The position numbers and the translations under genes were made by a program. A DNA stretch of 64,000 nucleotides. Origin: Macrostomum lignano. Taxonomy: Eukaryota. Location of the stretch: positions 86,714-150,713 of the forward strand of contig NIVC01001591.1 in assembly GCA_002269645.1 (NCBI GenBank). The letters run 5' to 3'. The notes under the pieces were generated by a model. That model made no database searches, was not told the origin of the DNA, and was given only the letters and a program-made list of their open reading frames with translations. Positions 12,462 through 25,116 of this stretch are shown piece after piece (positions within the stretch are counted from its first letter, which is position 1; every line of letters starts with the position of its first letter).

Positions 12462-15400
12462 ATGGCGAAGTACTCAGACTTTGTTGGCTCCAATGTCAAG
12501 CAGAATGGGGTCGATGATATGGTGCTTATACCTCGAATTAATGAGGCCGCCATCACTGACAACTTAAAGATTCGATTTCTGAACAATGCTATTTATGTGA
12601 GCTCATAATTTCTTCTGTTTTTGTCATTTGAAAATTATCATGAGTAAGATTTCAACTGAAAGCACCTAATTTAGACTCAGCAACATCTTGGTACTGATGA
12701 CTCATATTTAATATGTTATACCATAATTTTAATTTCCACAGACCTACATTGGACCTGTGCTGATTGCAGTTAACCCATTCAAAGATGTGAAAATCTTTGA
12801 CGATAAATTCATCGACATGTACCAGGGCTCTGTGAGTTGCTTTTTGATACACAAAATGCATTAGAACTGCCATCATAAACTTTTTAATAATTTCTAAATA
12901 AAACTTTAGGCCCTGTTCGAGAATCCGCCGCATATTTTTGCAATCGCCGATCACATGTACAGAAGCATGGTGTCCGAAATGGAGAACCAGTGCGTTATTA
13001 TCAGGTAAGAGTTGCTGGTGGCAGCTCAAGGGGTCGTCATGAGATTCAAAATTCCCATCCCATGACAGCCAACCCCCAGTGCACAGAGACTGTACATGCT
13101 TGACGATTAGAAAGTCAGGGCCTCATTTTCCTCTCGGTGCGACCTTTGACTCTGTGAAATTCGCAAATTTGCAATATGCTTAATTTACTAATAGTAGCTA
13201 AATCGCTTTTTCAAATATAAAAAAGTGGCGAAAGCGGCGCAGGAAAGACCGTCAGCGCCAAGTTGATCATGAACTACGTCTCAAAAGTATCCGGCGGCTC
13301 GGGCCGTGTCGAAGAAGTTAAAGAAGTCATTTTGGAGTCCAATCCGCTGTTGGAAGCTTTTGGCAACGCGAAAACTGTGCGGAATAACAATTCAAGTCGA
13401 TTTGTGAGTTCTCAATGGCGCATGGAAGTTCGAATTTTTATATACAAAAATTCAATATCGAAAAATGAAACAAGGAATATTGACTGCATTGCATGAAATC
13501 CTTGCTTTAACTCTCTCACCTCTCTCCCTCTCCCTCTCTCCCTCTCTCCCTCTCTCTTCCTCTCCTCTCTCTCCCCTCTCTCCCTCTCTTTTTCTCTGTC
13601 TCCATCTCACTCCCTCTCCCTGTCTCCCCCTCTACCTCTCCTCTCTCTCCCTTTCATTGTCTCTCTCCCTCTCTCTCCCTCTCTCCCTCTCTCTCCCTCT
13701 CTCCCTCTCCCTCTCTTTCTCTCTGTCTCCATCTCACTCCCTCTCCCTGTCTCCCCCTCTACCTCTCCCTCTCTCTCCCTTTCATTGTCTCTCTCCCTCT
13801 CTCTCCCTCTCTCCCTCTCTCCCTCTCTCTCCCTCTCTCCCTCTCCCTCTCTTTCTCTCTGTCTCCATCTCACTCCCTCTCCCTGTCTCCCCCTCTACCT
13901 CTCTCTCCCTCTCCCTCTCTCTCTCCATCTCTCTCCCTCTCTCTCTCCTTTTCACCCTCTCTTCAACTGCTGCTTCCGCATAGCCTAGCGGGTTGCAGCC
14001 CAGTGGTTTGAGCATCGGAACTCACAACTAAAAAGTCGGGGGTTCGATTCTCGACCTACTTTGGAACAATTTGAGTCCTTGAGAAAGACGCTTACATGTA
14101 ACTTTGCATTGCTTCAGTTCACCCAGCTGTAAAATGGGTGCCAGCATTAGCTGGGGTAATTGAGGCTGTGTGTGGCGACCCCCCAGTCCTTGGACTGAAC
14201 AGCCGTACGCAGCCTTCAGATGCGCCGCGCAATAGCTGTGGCTGAGCTGTCGGTTGCACATCTGGAATCCGTGATATGATACAACTAAAATACAAAAAAC
14301 ATCAAAACGGCCCATTTCAGGGCAAGTACGTTGAAATTCAGTTTAGCCGAGGCGGCGAACCAGTCGGAGGAAAAATCTCTCAATTCTTATTGGAAAAATC
14401 GCGTGTTGTGCTGCAAAACTCGGGCGAACGAAATTTTCACATCTTTTATCAGCTTTGCCGCGGCACCAGACCGGAAATGAAAGGTTTGAAAATATTTGTT
14501 TAAATTCATGAATTTTTTCTACATGGTTTTTTCACATGATTGGTTGCTCGCCTTCAATGCAGCCGCATTTAATCTGGCCGGACCCGAGTGCTTCTCCTAC
14601 CTGAACCAGAGCGGCTCATTTGACGCTGACGGCATTGACGATGTGAAGGAATTTGGCGAAACTCTGGTGAGACATTCTCTTTCCGAAATTGCTTTTTTTG
14701 TCGCTGTCAAATCTTTGTATTCAGGCTCGTGACAGCTGGCTGCAGTCTCAGTCCGCATATTGAGCTGCTTTTTTCGCGATCTCAACCCTCTGATCTCTGA
14801 TCTCACTCTCTCAGATCTCTGATCTCACCCACTCAGATCTCTGATCTCATCCACTCAGATCTCTGATCTCACCCACTCAGATCTCAGATCTCTCCCTCTC
14901 AGATCTCTGATCTCACCCACTCAGATCTCAGATCTCTCCCTCTCAGATCTCAGATCTCACCCACTCAGATCTCAGATCTCTCCCTCTCAGATCTCTGATC
15001 TCACCCACTCAGATCTCAGATCTCACACTCTCAGATCTCAGATCTCAGATCTCTCCCTCTCAGATCTCATCCCCTCAGATCTCTGATCTTACCCTCTTAG
15101 ATCTGTGATCTCACCTTCTCAGATCTCTGATCTCACCCTCTTAGATCTCAGATCTCACTCTCTCCGATCTTGATCTCACCCTCTCAGATCTCAGACCGCA
15201 CCCTCTCAGATCTCTAATATCACCCTCCTAGACTTTTGATCTCACCCTCTCAGATTTATTGTCTCTTCCTCTTGGATCTCTGATCCTACCCTCTTAGATC
15301 TCCGATCTCACCCTCTTAGATCTCCGATCTCACCCTCTTAGATCTCGGATCTCACCCTCTCAGATCTCGGATCTCACCTCTTAGATCTTCGATCTCACCC

Positions 15401-18400
15401 TCTTAGATCTCCGATCTCACCCTCTCAGATCTCGGATCTCACCTCTTAGATCTCCGATCTCACCCTCTTAGATCTACGATCTCACCCTCTCAGATCTCTG
15501 ACCCCACACTCTCAGATCTCATCCTCTCACATCTCAGATCTCATCCTCTTATATCTCTGATCTCGCCCTTTCATATCTCTGATCTCACCCTCTATCTTAC
15601 TCTCATATCTCAGATCTCACCTTCTCACATCTCAGATCTCTTCCTCTCAAATTTGATACCCCGTCTGATTTCTCTTCTTCTTTCATTATTTTTCCGCCAA
15701 TTTTCTGATCAAATTTACATATCATGGCGCAGTGAAACGCTATTTCCTATACTATCTGCAGTTTGTTTAGAATGGTTTTACATTTAAATTCTTGTAAATT
15801 ATACCTAATACGCAAGAACCATGCAAACACGGCAGATATGTTGGATTCCGACAATTTTTACAATTTCGCTCACTTACGGCAAGCGCTTGTATTGCGCACA
15901 ATTCATCAGCCATAATATAAACGAATCCAGTTGTCTCGCCCTCTTCTCACCTCTCCCTGTGTACAGTTCACAGGCTAAATTTGGACAAACTTTTTATTGA
16001 GCCATTTTATTTATCTTGTTTAGTTTATCATCTGCATAGCTGTCCACTCCGCTAACCCCCCCCCACTCCGTAACCCCCTCATCTGCATTTTCCATCTGTG
16101 TTCTTAGAGAAAGACGGAGAAAGATCAGCGTAGCCAGTCGTTTTATAGAGAAGCAGACAGGGACTTCCCTAGACGCTAGCGACCAAATCAGCCTTTGACG
16201 AACCAAAGTTGGGAAACTCGAAAGTGAAGGATCCGCATTTTGTTTTGGACACAAAAATAAGGAGCGCCAATTATAGGGCGCCAAAATAAGGAGCGTCAAC
16301 TATAGGGCGCCAAAATAAGAAGCGCTAAAATAAAGAGCGCCAACTATAGGGCGCCAAAATAAGGGGCGCCAACTATAGGGCGCCAAATAAGGAGCGCTAA
16401 AATAAAGAGCGCCAACTATAGGGCGCCAAAATAAGGGGCGCCAACTATAGGGCGCCAAATAAGGAGCGTCAACTATAAGGCGCCAAAATAAGAAGCGCCA
16501 ACTATAGGGCGCCAAATAAGGAGCGTCAACTATAAGGCGCCAAAATAAGAAGCGCCAAAATAAGAAGCGCCAACTATAGGGCGCCAAATAAGGAGCGTCA
16601 ACTATAAGGCGCCAAAATAAGAAGCGCCAAATAAGGAGCGTCAACTATAAGGCGCCAAAATAAGAAGCGCCAAATAAGGAGCGTCAACTATAAGGCGCCA
16701 AAATAAGAAGCGCCAAATAAGGAGCGTCAACTATAAGGCGCCAAAATAAGAAGCGCCAAAATAAGGAGTGCCAACTATAGGGCGCCAAAACAAGGAACGT
16801 TAACTATAGGGCGCCAAAATAAGAAGCGCCAACAAGGGCGTAACTATGTAATTATATGGTAAACTTTCAACAAGAATTTAAAGAATTGGTTCTAGTGCTT
16901 CTAGTCCAGATTTTCAAAGATCCTTGACCGTATTAGGTGTGGGTTATAATTATCTGAGACAGTACAGGGTGCAGTGAACATTAATTGCATTTATAAACTG
17001 CTGGATGGAACTTCATTCAATATAGAGATGTTTTACTGGTTTAAGTAATAGAATTTTCGGCGTTTATAGTGTCTAAAAATAGTGAATCATTTTTCTATAA
17101 TAATTACCAGTTATTTTTTTCCACACAAAAATAGAGCCAGCTACTATGTAGCTCATAATACAATAATAGAAGCTGATATGCACGCACCAGTTTGTACATT
17201 CTCACTACTCTACTTGCTAAGTAGAAATATAAACAAATAGCTGCCTTTATTGTATTAAATTTAGAAAAAAAGAACAGGACAAATTCAACAACAAGTTTCG
17301 TTTTAACGGGGTTATGAATTTTGCTTGAACTTTTTTTTAATTCAGCACGCAATGGAAGTGATGGGCATGGATGAGTCAGTTCAAGAGGACATCATCAGCG
17401 TGCTTAGCGGAATTTTGCACCTGGGCAATGTGCAGTTTCGCTCAGCCGCCGGCGACGATCAAGTCGACGTGGTGGACGTTCGCCAACTGGAGAGCCCGGC
17501 TGCGTTTCTGCAGATCGACTGCGAGACTCTGCGGCTGAAGCTCACCAGCCGGCTGATGGAGAGCAAGTGGGGTGGCAAGTCTGAGAACATCAATGTTCCG
17601 CTCAACCAGGAGCAGGCCTGCTATACTAGGGATGCGCTGGCCAAGGGCCTGTACTCAAGGCTGTTCGACTTCATTGTTGAGGTAAGAATCGGCCCTTGAA
17701 TCGATCCTGAAGAATCGCCCATGAACTTGGCCTGAAGAATCGCCCCTGAACTGGCCCTGAAGAATCGCTCCTGAACCAATACTGAAGAATCGCCCCTGAA
17801 CCGATCCTGAAGAATCGCCCCTGAACTGGCCCTGGAGAATCGCCCCCTGAACCGATCCTGAAGAATCGCCCCTGAACCGATCCTAAAGAATTGCCCCTGA
17901 ACCGATCCTGAAGAATCGCCCCTGAACCGATCCTGAAGAATCGCCCCTGAACCGATCCTGAAGAATCGCCCCCTAAATAGATCCTGAAGAATCGCCCCCT
18001 GAATTGATCCTGAAGAATCGTCCCTGAACCGATCCTGAAGAATCGCCCCCTGAATAGATCCTGAAGAATCGCCCTTGAATCGATCCTGAAGAATCGCCCC
18101 CTGAACCGATCCTGAAGAATCGCCCCTGAACCAATCCTGAAGAATCGACCCTCCCTGAACTGGCCCTGAAGAATCGCCCCTTGAACTGGCCCTGAAGAAT
18201 CTCCCCTGAACCAATCCTGAAGAATCGACCCTCCCTGAACTGGCCCTGAAGAATCGCCCCTTGAACTGGCCCTGAAGAATCTCCCGTGAACTTGGCCCTG
18301 AAGAATCGCCCCTGAACTGGCCCTGAAGAATCGCTCCTAAACTGGCGCTGAAGAATCTCCCCTGAACTGATCCTGAAGAGTCGCCCCTGTACCGATCCTG

Positions 18401-21400
18401 AAAAATCGCCCCTGAACTTGGCCTGAAGAATCGCCTGAAGGATTGACTTTGGTAACCCAAAAAATCGCCTCCAACAGTCCGTCAACAAGGCGATGGTGAC
18501 CCAAGGCAGCGAGGTCAACGTTGGCATCCTGGACATCTACGGCTTCGAAGTGTTCAGACAGAACGGATTCGAACAGTTCTGCATCAACTACGTGAACGAG
18601 AAGCTGCAGCAGATCTTCATCGAGCTGACGCTCAAAGCTGAGCAAGAGGAGTACCGCCAGGAGGGCATTCAGTGGTCGGAGATCCAATACTTCAACAACA
18701 AGGAGATCTGCGAGATGATTGAGTCGAAAAACCCACCAGGAATATTTTGTGTACTTGACGACGTCTGCGCTACAGTGCACGCGGTGACTGAAGGCATCGA
18801 CAGCAAATTCTGCCAGAAATTGGCTGGCACCTTCAGCTCCTACAGGTGACTTTGGAGGCCTTCGTTGAGTGCTAACTACTCGCTAGGAGCTGTGACAGAC
18901 AGGCAGACGCTGAGACAGATTCAGGCAGACACTGTTACATTAGCACATTCAAAGTTATGCTTCACATACTTAAGCGTTGTAAAAATATTGTTGCTAGAAT
19001 TATAATTAAGACTCAAATGCCACCAGAATTGGGTTTCAAATCGGCGCCAAAATTTGGTTTCAAATAGGCGCCAAAATTGGGTTTTAAATCGGCGCCAAAA
19101 TTGAGTTTTAAATCGGCGCCAAAATTGAGTTTCAAATCGGCGCCAAAATTGGATTTCAAATCGGCGCCGAAAGGGAATTTTAAATCAACGCGAAAATTGG
19201 GTTTTAAATCGGCGCCAAAATTGAGTTTTAAATCGGCGCCAAAATTGAGTTTCAAATCGGCGCCAAAATTGGATTTCAAATCGGCGCCGAAAAGGAATTT
19301 TAAATCAGCGCGAAAATTGGGTTTTAAATTGGCGCCAAAAGTTAAAATTCAATTCGAAGCTTGAAGTAAAAATGTTTAAGCAACAGAGTTAGTAAAGAAT
19401 GAATCTGAATTCTCATTTCAGGTATTTCAGCTACGCCACAGACCAGTTCACCATCAGCCACTACGCCGGCTCCGTGCAGTACTCTCCGTCGGGTTTCTGC
19501 GAGAAAAATCGCGACGCTCTGAACAACGACTTGCTGCTGCTGATGCAGAGCAGCTCAAACGCTTTCATTCGAGCTCTGTTCCCGGAGAAAGTTCAGGACA
19601 GGTCAAGGCCAACCACGGCTGGTACGAAGATTCGTAGTCAGGCCAATCGGCTGGTGAAAACTCTGATGAGCTGCACTCCGCATTACATCCGGTGCATCAA
19701 GCCTAACGAGACTAAGAAGCCGGGCGATTTTGATATGGAACGGGTGAAGCACCAGGTGATGTACCTGGGACTCAAAGAGAACATCAACGTACGTCGGGCC
19801 GGTTTCGCCTATCGGAGGCCGTTCGATAAATTTCTGAAACGGTGAGCGCTTTTTTTCAAAGGATTTTTTACAATCGTTGGGGGTTCTTTTCTTTGACATT
19901 TTTACAATTCTTTTACAAAAGAGGGTTGTAGTCTAGTGGTTAGAGCATCGGACTCACGACTGGAAGGTCAGGGATTCAATTCTCGACCCACTCGAAACAA
20001 TTTAATTAGCTGTAAAATGGGTGCCAGCATTAGCTGGGGTAATTGAGGGTGCGTGTGGCGACCCCCCACCCCCAGTCCTTGGACTGAACAGCCGTACGCA
20101 GCCTTCAGATGCGCCTTGCAATAGCTGCGGCTGAGTATTGGAATGTACAGTTTACCTGCCCCTGCCTCTCTTCCCCCTTTTCGCTCTGTACTGTACACCC
20201 GCTTTATCGATCGCCCCAACCCCCTTTTTTGACTCATCAATGCTAGGCCAACCCCTTTCCCCCATGCCTTATCTATAAATATCTCTGATTAACTTGGTTG
20301 CTGATTTCTCAAATAGCCATTCATTAGCGGTTTGTGATCACGATAATTGGTCCAAGGGGTTGTGAGTCCAAGCGATTCACAGATCAAGGCACAGACAGTA
20401 CATGCCTGAAGATTAGAAAGACAGGGCCCTTGTACACCCTGTGAGAGAGTGCATATGAGTGCATGTTAGGAGCCAGGGAAATGGGTAGAATAGCCTTACA
20501 TGTACAAGCGCCAGTTGTGGCACGATATCGCCGAGAAGTCGTTGCCCAAATCCCACAAGACTGTAATCTGATGAAACCGATATGTATCGTAATTAACTTT
20601 ACAAAGAACTGACCGAAAACTTTTAGCTACGCCATCCTCACCAAAGAGACTTGGCCTCAATGGCGCGGCGATCCCAAGGAAGGCATCAACCATCTGATGG
20701 CTCACGTGGCGATGGACAGGGCGCAGTGGCAGCTGGGCAAGACTAAACTCTTCATCAAGAGTCCAGAATCTGTAAGTGAAAATAATCCTGCTCCTATTCT
20801 TAACTTAATCCAATCCAGAATAAAAAACATTTGAATTTTAAACACCGGAATTTCAAGTATCAAAATTTGAAATCCAAAAAACTCGAAATCCTATGATTCG
20901 AAACCCCAAAATTCGAATTCTTAAAACTTGAGATCTAAAATTTAAATCCCGAAATTTAAATCCCGAAATTCGAAATCCCAAAATTCGAAGTCCTGAAATT
21001 CGAAATCCCGAAATTCGAAATCCCAATATCCGAAGCCACCAATTTTGAGATCCCATGATTTCAAATCCTATTAAGTCGAAATCCCGAAATGGCCGACTCA
21101 ATCCGCCAGCTCTTCATGCTCGAAGACGAGCGCCAGCGCCGGTTCGACCACTACGCCCGGGTCATCCAGAAAGCCTTCAGGTCGCACAATTCCGATCGAG
21201 CGGTCAGCAATCTGCGGAGTCGAGCTCGCGACCTCTACCACGGCAAGAAAGAGCGGCGCTGGTGCAGCCTCTACAGGCAGTACGTCGGCGACTACATCGG
21301 GCTCGATGAGCACCCGGGACCCACCGCCTGCCTTCGCCGGGAGAAACTGCTGCGCAAGAAGGACAAAGTGTTATTCGCTGAGACTGTGGTGAAATATGAC

Positions 21401-24400
21401 AGGCGCTTCCGGCCGGTGAACAGGGATCTGCTGCTGGCCGCGGACCGACTCAGCATCATCGGGCGCGAGCTGGTCAAGAAGGGACCGCAGAAGGGACAGA
21501 TTCTTGAGGTGTGGGATTTGTCTGTTTGTCTGCTGGTCCTCAGGGCCACCAGCCTCCCAGATCCTCAGTTGCTGGGCCACCAGCCTCCCAGATCCTCAGT
21601 TGCTGGGCCACCAGCCTCCCAGATCCTCAGTTGCTGGGCCACCAACCTCCCAGATCCTCAGTTGCTGGGCCACCAGCCTCCCAGATCCTCAGTTGCTGGG
21701 CCACCAACCTCCCAGATCCTCAGTTGCTAGGCCACCAGCCTCCCAGATCCTCAGTTGCTAGGCCACCAGCCTCCCAGATCCTCAGTTGCTGGCCACCAGC
21801 CTCCCAGATCCTCAGTTGCTAGGCCACCAGCCTCCCAGATCCTCAGTTGCTGGGCCACCAGCCTCCCAGATCCTCAGTTGCTGGGCCACCAGCCTCCCAG
21901 ATCCTCAGTTGCTGGGCCACCAGCCTCCCAGATCCTCAGTTGCTGGGCCACCAACCTCCCAGATCCTCAGTTGCTGGGCCACCAGCCTCCCAGATCCTCA
22001 GTTGCTGGGCCACCAACCTCCCAGATCCTCAGTTGCTAGGCCACCAGCCTCCCAGATCCTCAGTTGCTAGGCCACCAGCCTCCCAGATCCTCAGTTGCTG
22101 GGCCACCAGCCTCCCAGATCCTCAGTTGCTAGGCCACCAGCCTCCCAGATCCTCAGTTGCTGGGCCACCAGCCTCCCAGATCCTCAGTTGCTGGGCCACC
22201 AGCCTCCCAGATCCTCAGTTGCTGGGCCACCAGCCTCCCAGATCCTCAGTTGCTGGGCCACCAACCTCCCAGATCCTCAGTTGCTGGGCCACCAGCCTCC
22301 CAGATCCTCAGTTGCTGGGCCACCAACCTCCCAGATCCTCAGTTGCTAGGCCACCAGCCTCCCAGATCCTCAGTTGCTAGGCCACCAGCCTCCCAGATCC
22401 TCAGTTGCTGGGCCACCAGCCTCCCAGATCCTCAGTTGCTAGGCCACCAGCCTCCCAGATCCTCAGTTGCTGGGCCACCAGCCTCCCAGATCCTCAGTTG
22501 CTGGGCCACCAGCCTCCCAGATCCTCAGTTGCTGGGCCACCAGCCTCCCAGATCCTCAGTTGCTGGGCCACCAACCTCCCAGATCCTCAGTTGCTGGGCC
22601 ACCAGCCTCCCAGATCCTCAGTTGCTGGGCCACCAACCTCCCAGATCCTCAGTTGCTAGGCCACTGCCTCCCAGATCCTCAGTTGCTGGGCCACCAGCCT
22701 CCCAGATCCTCAGTTGCAGGGCCACCAACTTCCCAGATCCTCAGTTGCAGGGCCACCAACCTCCCAGATCCTCAATTGCTGGGCCAACCTCCCAGATCCT
22801 CAGTTGCTGGGCCAGTCTCCCAGATCCTCAGTTGCTGCTCCAGCAGCCTTCCAGATGCTGTTTCTGGGCCAGCCTTCCAGATCCTCAGTTGCTGGGCCAC
22901 CAGCCTCCCAGATCCTCAGTTGCTGGGCCATCAGCCTTCCAGATGCTGTTGCTGGGTAAGTCGAATCAAAAGATTCTAAAACGTCAACTCGCAGGTCATC
23001 AAACGCTCGGTGGCCGTCTCGGACATCCTATCGCTGCACCTGTCTCCCTATCAAGACGGCTTCCTTGTGGTGAAATGTCGCGATGGAGACGATTCTCTGC
23101 TCGAAGTGGCGTGCAAAACCGAGTTGCTCCTGCTGCTACTCGAACGGAACCCGGATTTGAAAATCGACTTCAGCACCAGCGTGGAGTTCTCGCTGCCGAA
23201 ACGGGGCCTGCTAGGCAGGACCACCCGGCGGGTGAACTTCGTGTGCGACAGGGCTCGAGTCCGCCAGCCTGACTCGGTGCACGATCGGCGAGTTGCCACG
23301 GACGACTCGGCTCGGGTCGTGCTCAAGTCTTCGGGAATCGGTGAGGTTTTTTTCCTGTACTGTTTGAATTATTTCCAAGAATCGCCTTTAAGCAGTTAGA
23401 GAATCAATCGTTCTTGAGCAGTTCCAAGAATCGCCCCTGAGCAGTTCTGCAAAGAATCGCCCCTGAGCAGTTCTGCAAAGAATCGCCCCTGAGCAGTTCT
23501 GCAAAGAATCGCCCCTGAGCAGTTCTGCAAAGAATCGCCCCTTAGCAGTTCTGCAAAGAATCGCCCCTGAGCAGTTCTGCAAAGAATCGCCCCTGAGCAG
23601 TTCTGCAAAGAATCGCCCCTGAGCAGTTCCAAGAATCGCCCTGAGTAGTTCTGCAAAGAATCGCCCCTGAGCAGTCCGAAGAATCGCCCTGAGCAGTCCG
23701 AAGAATCGCCCTGAGCAGTCCGAAGAATCGCCCTAAGCAGTTCAAAGAATCGCCCCTGAGCAGTTCTAAAAATCGCCCCGTGAGCAGTTCTGCAAAGAAT
23801 CGCCCCTGAGCAGTTCAAAGATCCAATTCTAATTAGTCTACTATCAGTAGAAAGACGATTTTTTTACAAAAATCCTGCAGGCGGCAGGGGCGGCCTCACT
23901 GTCACGGTTGGCTCCGGCCTGTCCAACACAACGGACGCGTCGGGTCCCCGGTCCAAGCAGGCTGGTGGCGGCGGGCAACGCGCCGTCCGTCAGCAGCCGC
24001 AGGTCATCGATTCGCGCCTCCCGCCAGCCGGCCAGCTGCCCACGGCCAGGCGCCGGTCGCGAGACAACAACAGCGGCACCAGCGAGCGGCAGCAGCAGAT
24101 CGCGCAACGCCGGCAAAGTTCTGCAACCACCGCAGCCAGCGGCAAGCTGCCGAAACCGACGCCCGCCCAGCGACAGCAGCGACAACAGCCGAATCCGAAT
24201 CCGAATCCGAATCCGCCGCCAATTCTCACTGACAGCGTCATCTATCAGGCTGTGCAAAAGCCGGGCCCGCCGAGGCCGCCAGTGCCGCGTCAGAAGCCGC
24301 CGCCTCCGCCGCCGACCGCAGTGCCGCGCTGTGTCGCTCTGTGGGCATACGACGCGCAGGACACCAACGAGCTCAGCTTTAACGTTGATGATGTTATTGA

Positions 24401-25069
24401 AATTGTTAAAAAGGTTGGAATCTTTGTTTTTTTAATGCCTAATATTGATTGCTTGTGGCATTTATTACGACCGAATCGCCCCTGAACAGCTGAGAGAATC
24501 GCCCCGAACAGCTGAGAGAATCGCCCCTCATGAACAGCTGAGAGAATCGCCCCTGAACAGCTGAGAGAATCGCCCCTGAACAGCTGAGAGAATCGCCCCT
24601 GAACAGCTGAGAGAATCGCCCCTGAACAGCTGAGAGAATCGCCTCTGAACAGCTGAGAGAATTGCCCTTCATGAACAGCTGAGAGAATCGCCCCTGAACA
24701 GCTGAGAGAATCACCCTTCATGAACAGCTGAGAGAATCGCCCCTGAACAGCTGAGAGAATTGCTTTTCATGAACAGCTGAGAGAATCGCCCCTGAACAGC
24801 TGAGAGAATCACCCTTCATGAACAGCTGAGAGAATCGCCCCTGAACAGCTGAGAGAATCACCCTTCATGAACAGCTGAGAGAATCGCCCCTGAACAGCTG
24901 AGAGAATTGCCCTTCATGAACAGCTGAGAGAATCGCCCCTGAACAGCTGAGAGAATCGCCCTGAACAGCATCAATAAATATTTTCCTTTCCGCAGACTCG
25001 GCCTGGTGGCACTGCCGACTCAACGGACGCGAAGGTCTCCTACCATCGAATTACGTTCGGGAACTTTGA
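12462..25069 (+). CDS. MYO1E: Long-tailed class I myosin (Myo1e/Myo1f type: motor, 1 IQ, TH1, Pro/Gln-rich TH2, SH3), ~1128 aa, 14 coding exons
   Basis: Exons: 12462-12596, 12742-12831, 12910-13004, 13226-13403, 14321-14483, 14563-14666, 17346-17681, 18478-18845, 19422-19841, 20627-20771, 21110-21508, 22995-23340, 23881-24413, 24996-25069. Motifs: GVDDMVL, P-loop [29 protein letters not shown]|GKY, switch [27 protein letters not shown]-like [12 protein letters not shown]3 [15 protein letters not shown]...WW...[14 protein letters not shown] at 25111-25116. The last junction is off by one base (see findings). Confidence 0.93.
13490..13960. repeat. CT-rich low-complexity tract in myosin intron 4
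   Basis: Near-pure pyrimidine (ctctcc)n with higher-order repeats. Confidence 0.95.
13989..14246 (+). mobile_element. tRNA-headed SINE, family A (CORE-like central domain), copy 1
   Basis: A-box-like gcagcccagtggtttgagc and B-box ggttcgattc (14041-14050). Central gtccttgagaaagacgctta...cagttcacccagctgtaaaatggg. A second copy is at 19922-20135. Confidence 0.75.
14780..15650. repeat. AGATCT-rich ~22-24-bp degenerate minisatellite in myosin intron 6
   Basis: Recurrent ctcagatctctgatctcaccc. Confidence 0.92.
16260..16850. repeat. GGCGCC-core tandem repeat in myosin intron 6
   Basis: Recurrent ataaggagcgtcaactata(a/g)ggcgccaaaataagaagcgcc. Confidence 0.92.
17690..18440. repeat. ~25-bp minisatellite (ccctgaaccgatcctgaagaatcgc) filling myosin intron 7
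   Basis: Period of 25 at 17902/17927; starts right at the donor. Confidence 0.95.
19020..19340. repeat. 24-bp minisatellite (aaatcggcgccaaaattgagtttt) in myosin intron 8
   Basis: Period of 24 at 19091/19115. Confidence 0.93.
19922..20135 (+). mobile_element. tRNA-headed SINE, family A, copy 2 (internally deleted)
   Basis: Shares gggttg(t/c)ag..tagtggtt.gagcatcgga and agctgtaaaatgggtgccagcattagctggggtaattgagg...cagtccttggactgaacagccgtacgcagccttcagatgcgcc with copy 1. Confidence 0.75.
20840..21090. repeat. Short-period degenerate repeat (cgaaatcc) in myosin intron 10
   Basis: Recurrent ttcgaaatcccgaaa. Confidence 0.8.
21540..22960. repeat. 31-bp minisatellite (gggccaccagcctcccagatcctcagttgct) in myosin intron 11
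   Basis: Highly homogeneous array; source of the many [18 protein letters not shown] ORFs in the track. Confidence 0.97.
23385..23820. repeat. 26-bp minisatellite (gaatcgcccctgagcagttctgcaaa) in myosin intron 12
   Basis: Period of 26 at 23465/23491. Confidence 0.95.
24470..24968. repeat. 23-bp minisatellite (gaatcgcccctgaacagctgaga) in myosin intron 13
   Basis: Period of 23 at 24544/24567. Confidence 0.95.
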
Positions 25070-25110
25070 AGTTGCTGCAATTGCAGAAAAATTGTGAAAG
25101 CAATTTTATA

Positions 25111-25116
25111 AATAAA
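25111..25116 (+). promoter_or_regulatory. Candidate polyadenylation signal of the myosin gene
   Basis: AATAAA about 40 nt after the TGA stop. Confidence 0.5.

Noticed and set aside
13989-14060. tRNA genes at 13989, 19922 and 56617
   Set aside because: A and B boxes are present but there is no closing acceptor stem, and each continues into a shared repeat body, so they were called SINE heads.
21504-23272. Many long ORFs (PPRSSVAG / [10 protein letters not shown] repeats, up to 371 aa)
   Set aside because: They are translations of the 31-bp intronic minisatellite, which has few stops in any frame. They lie inside a myosin intron defined by conserved flanking exons.
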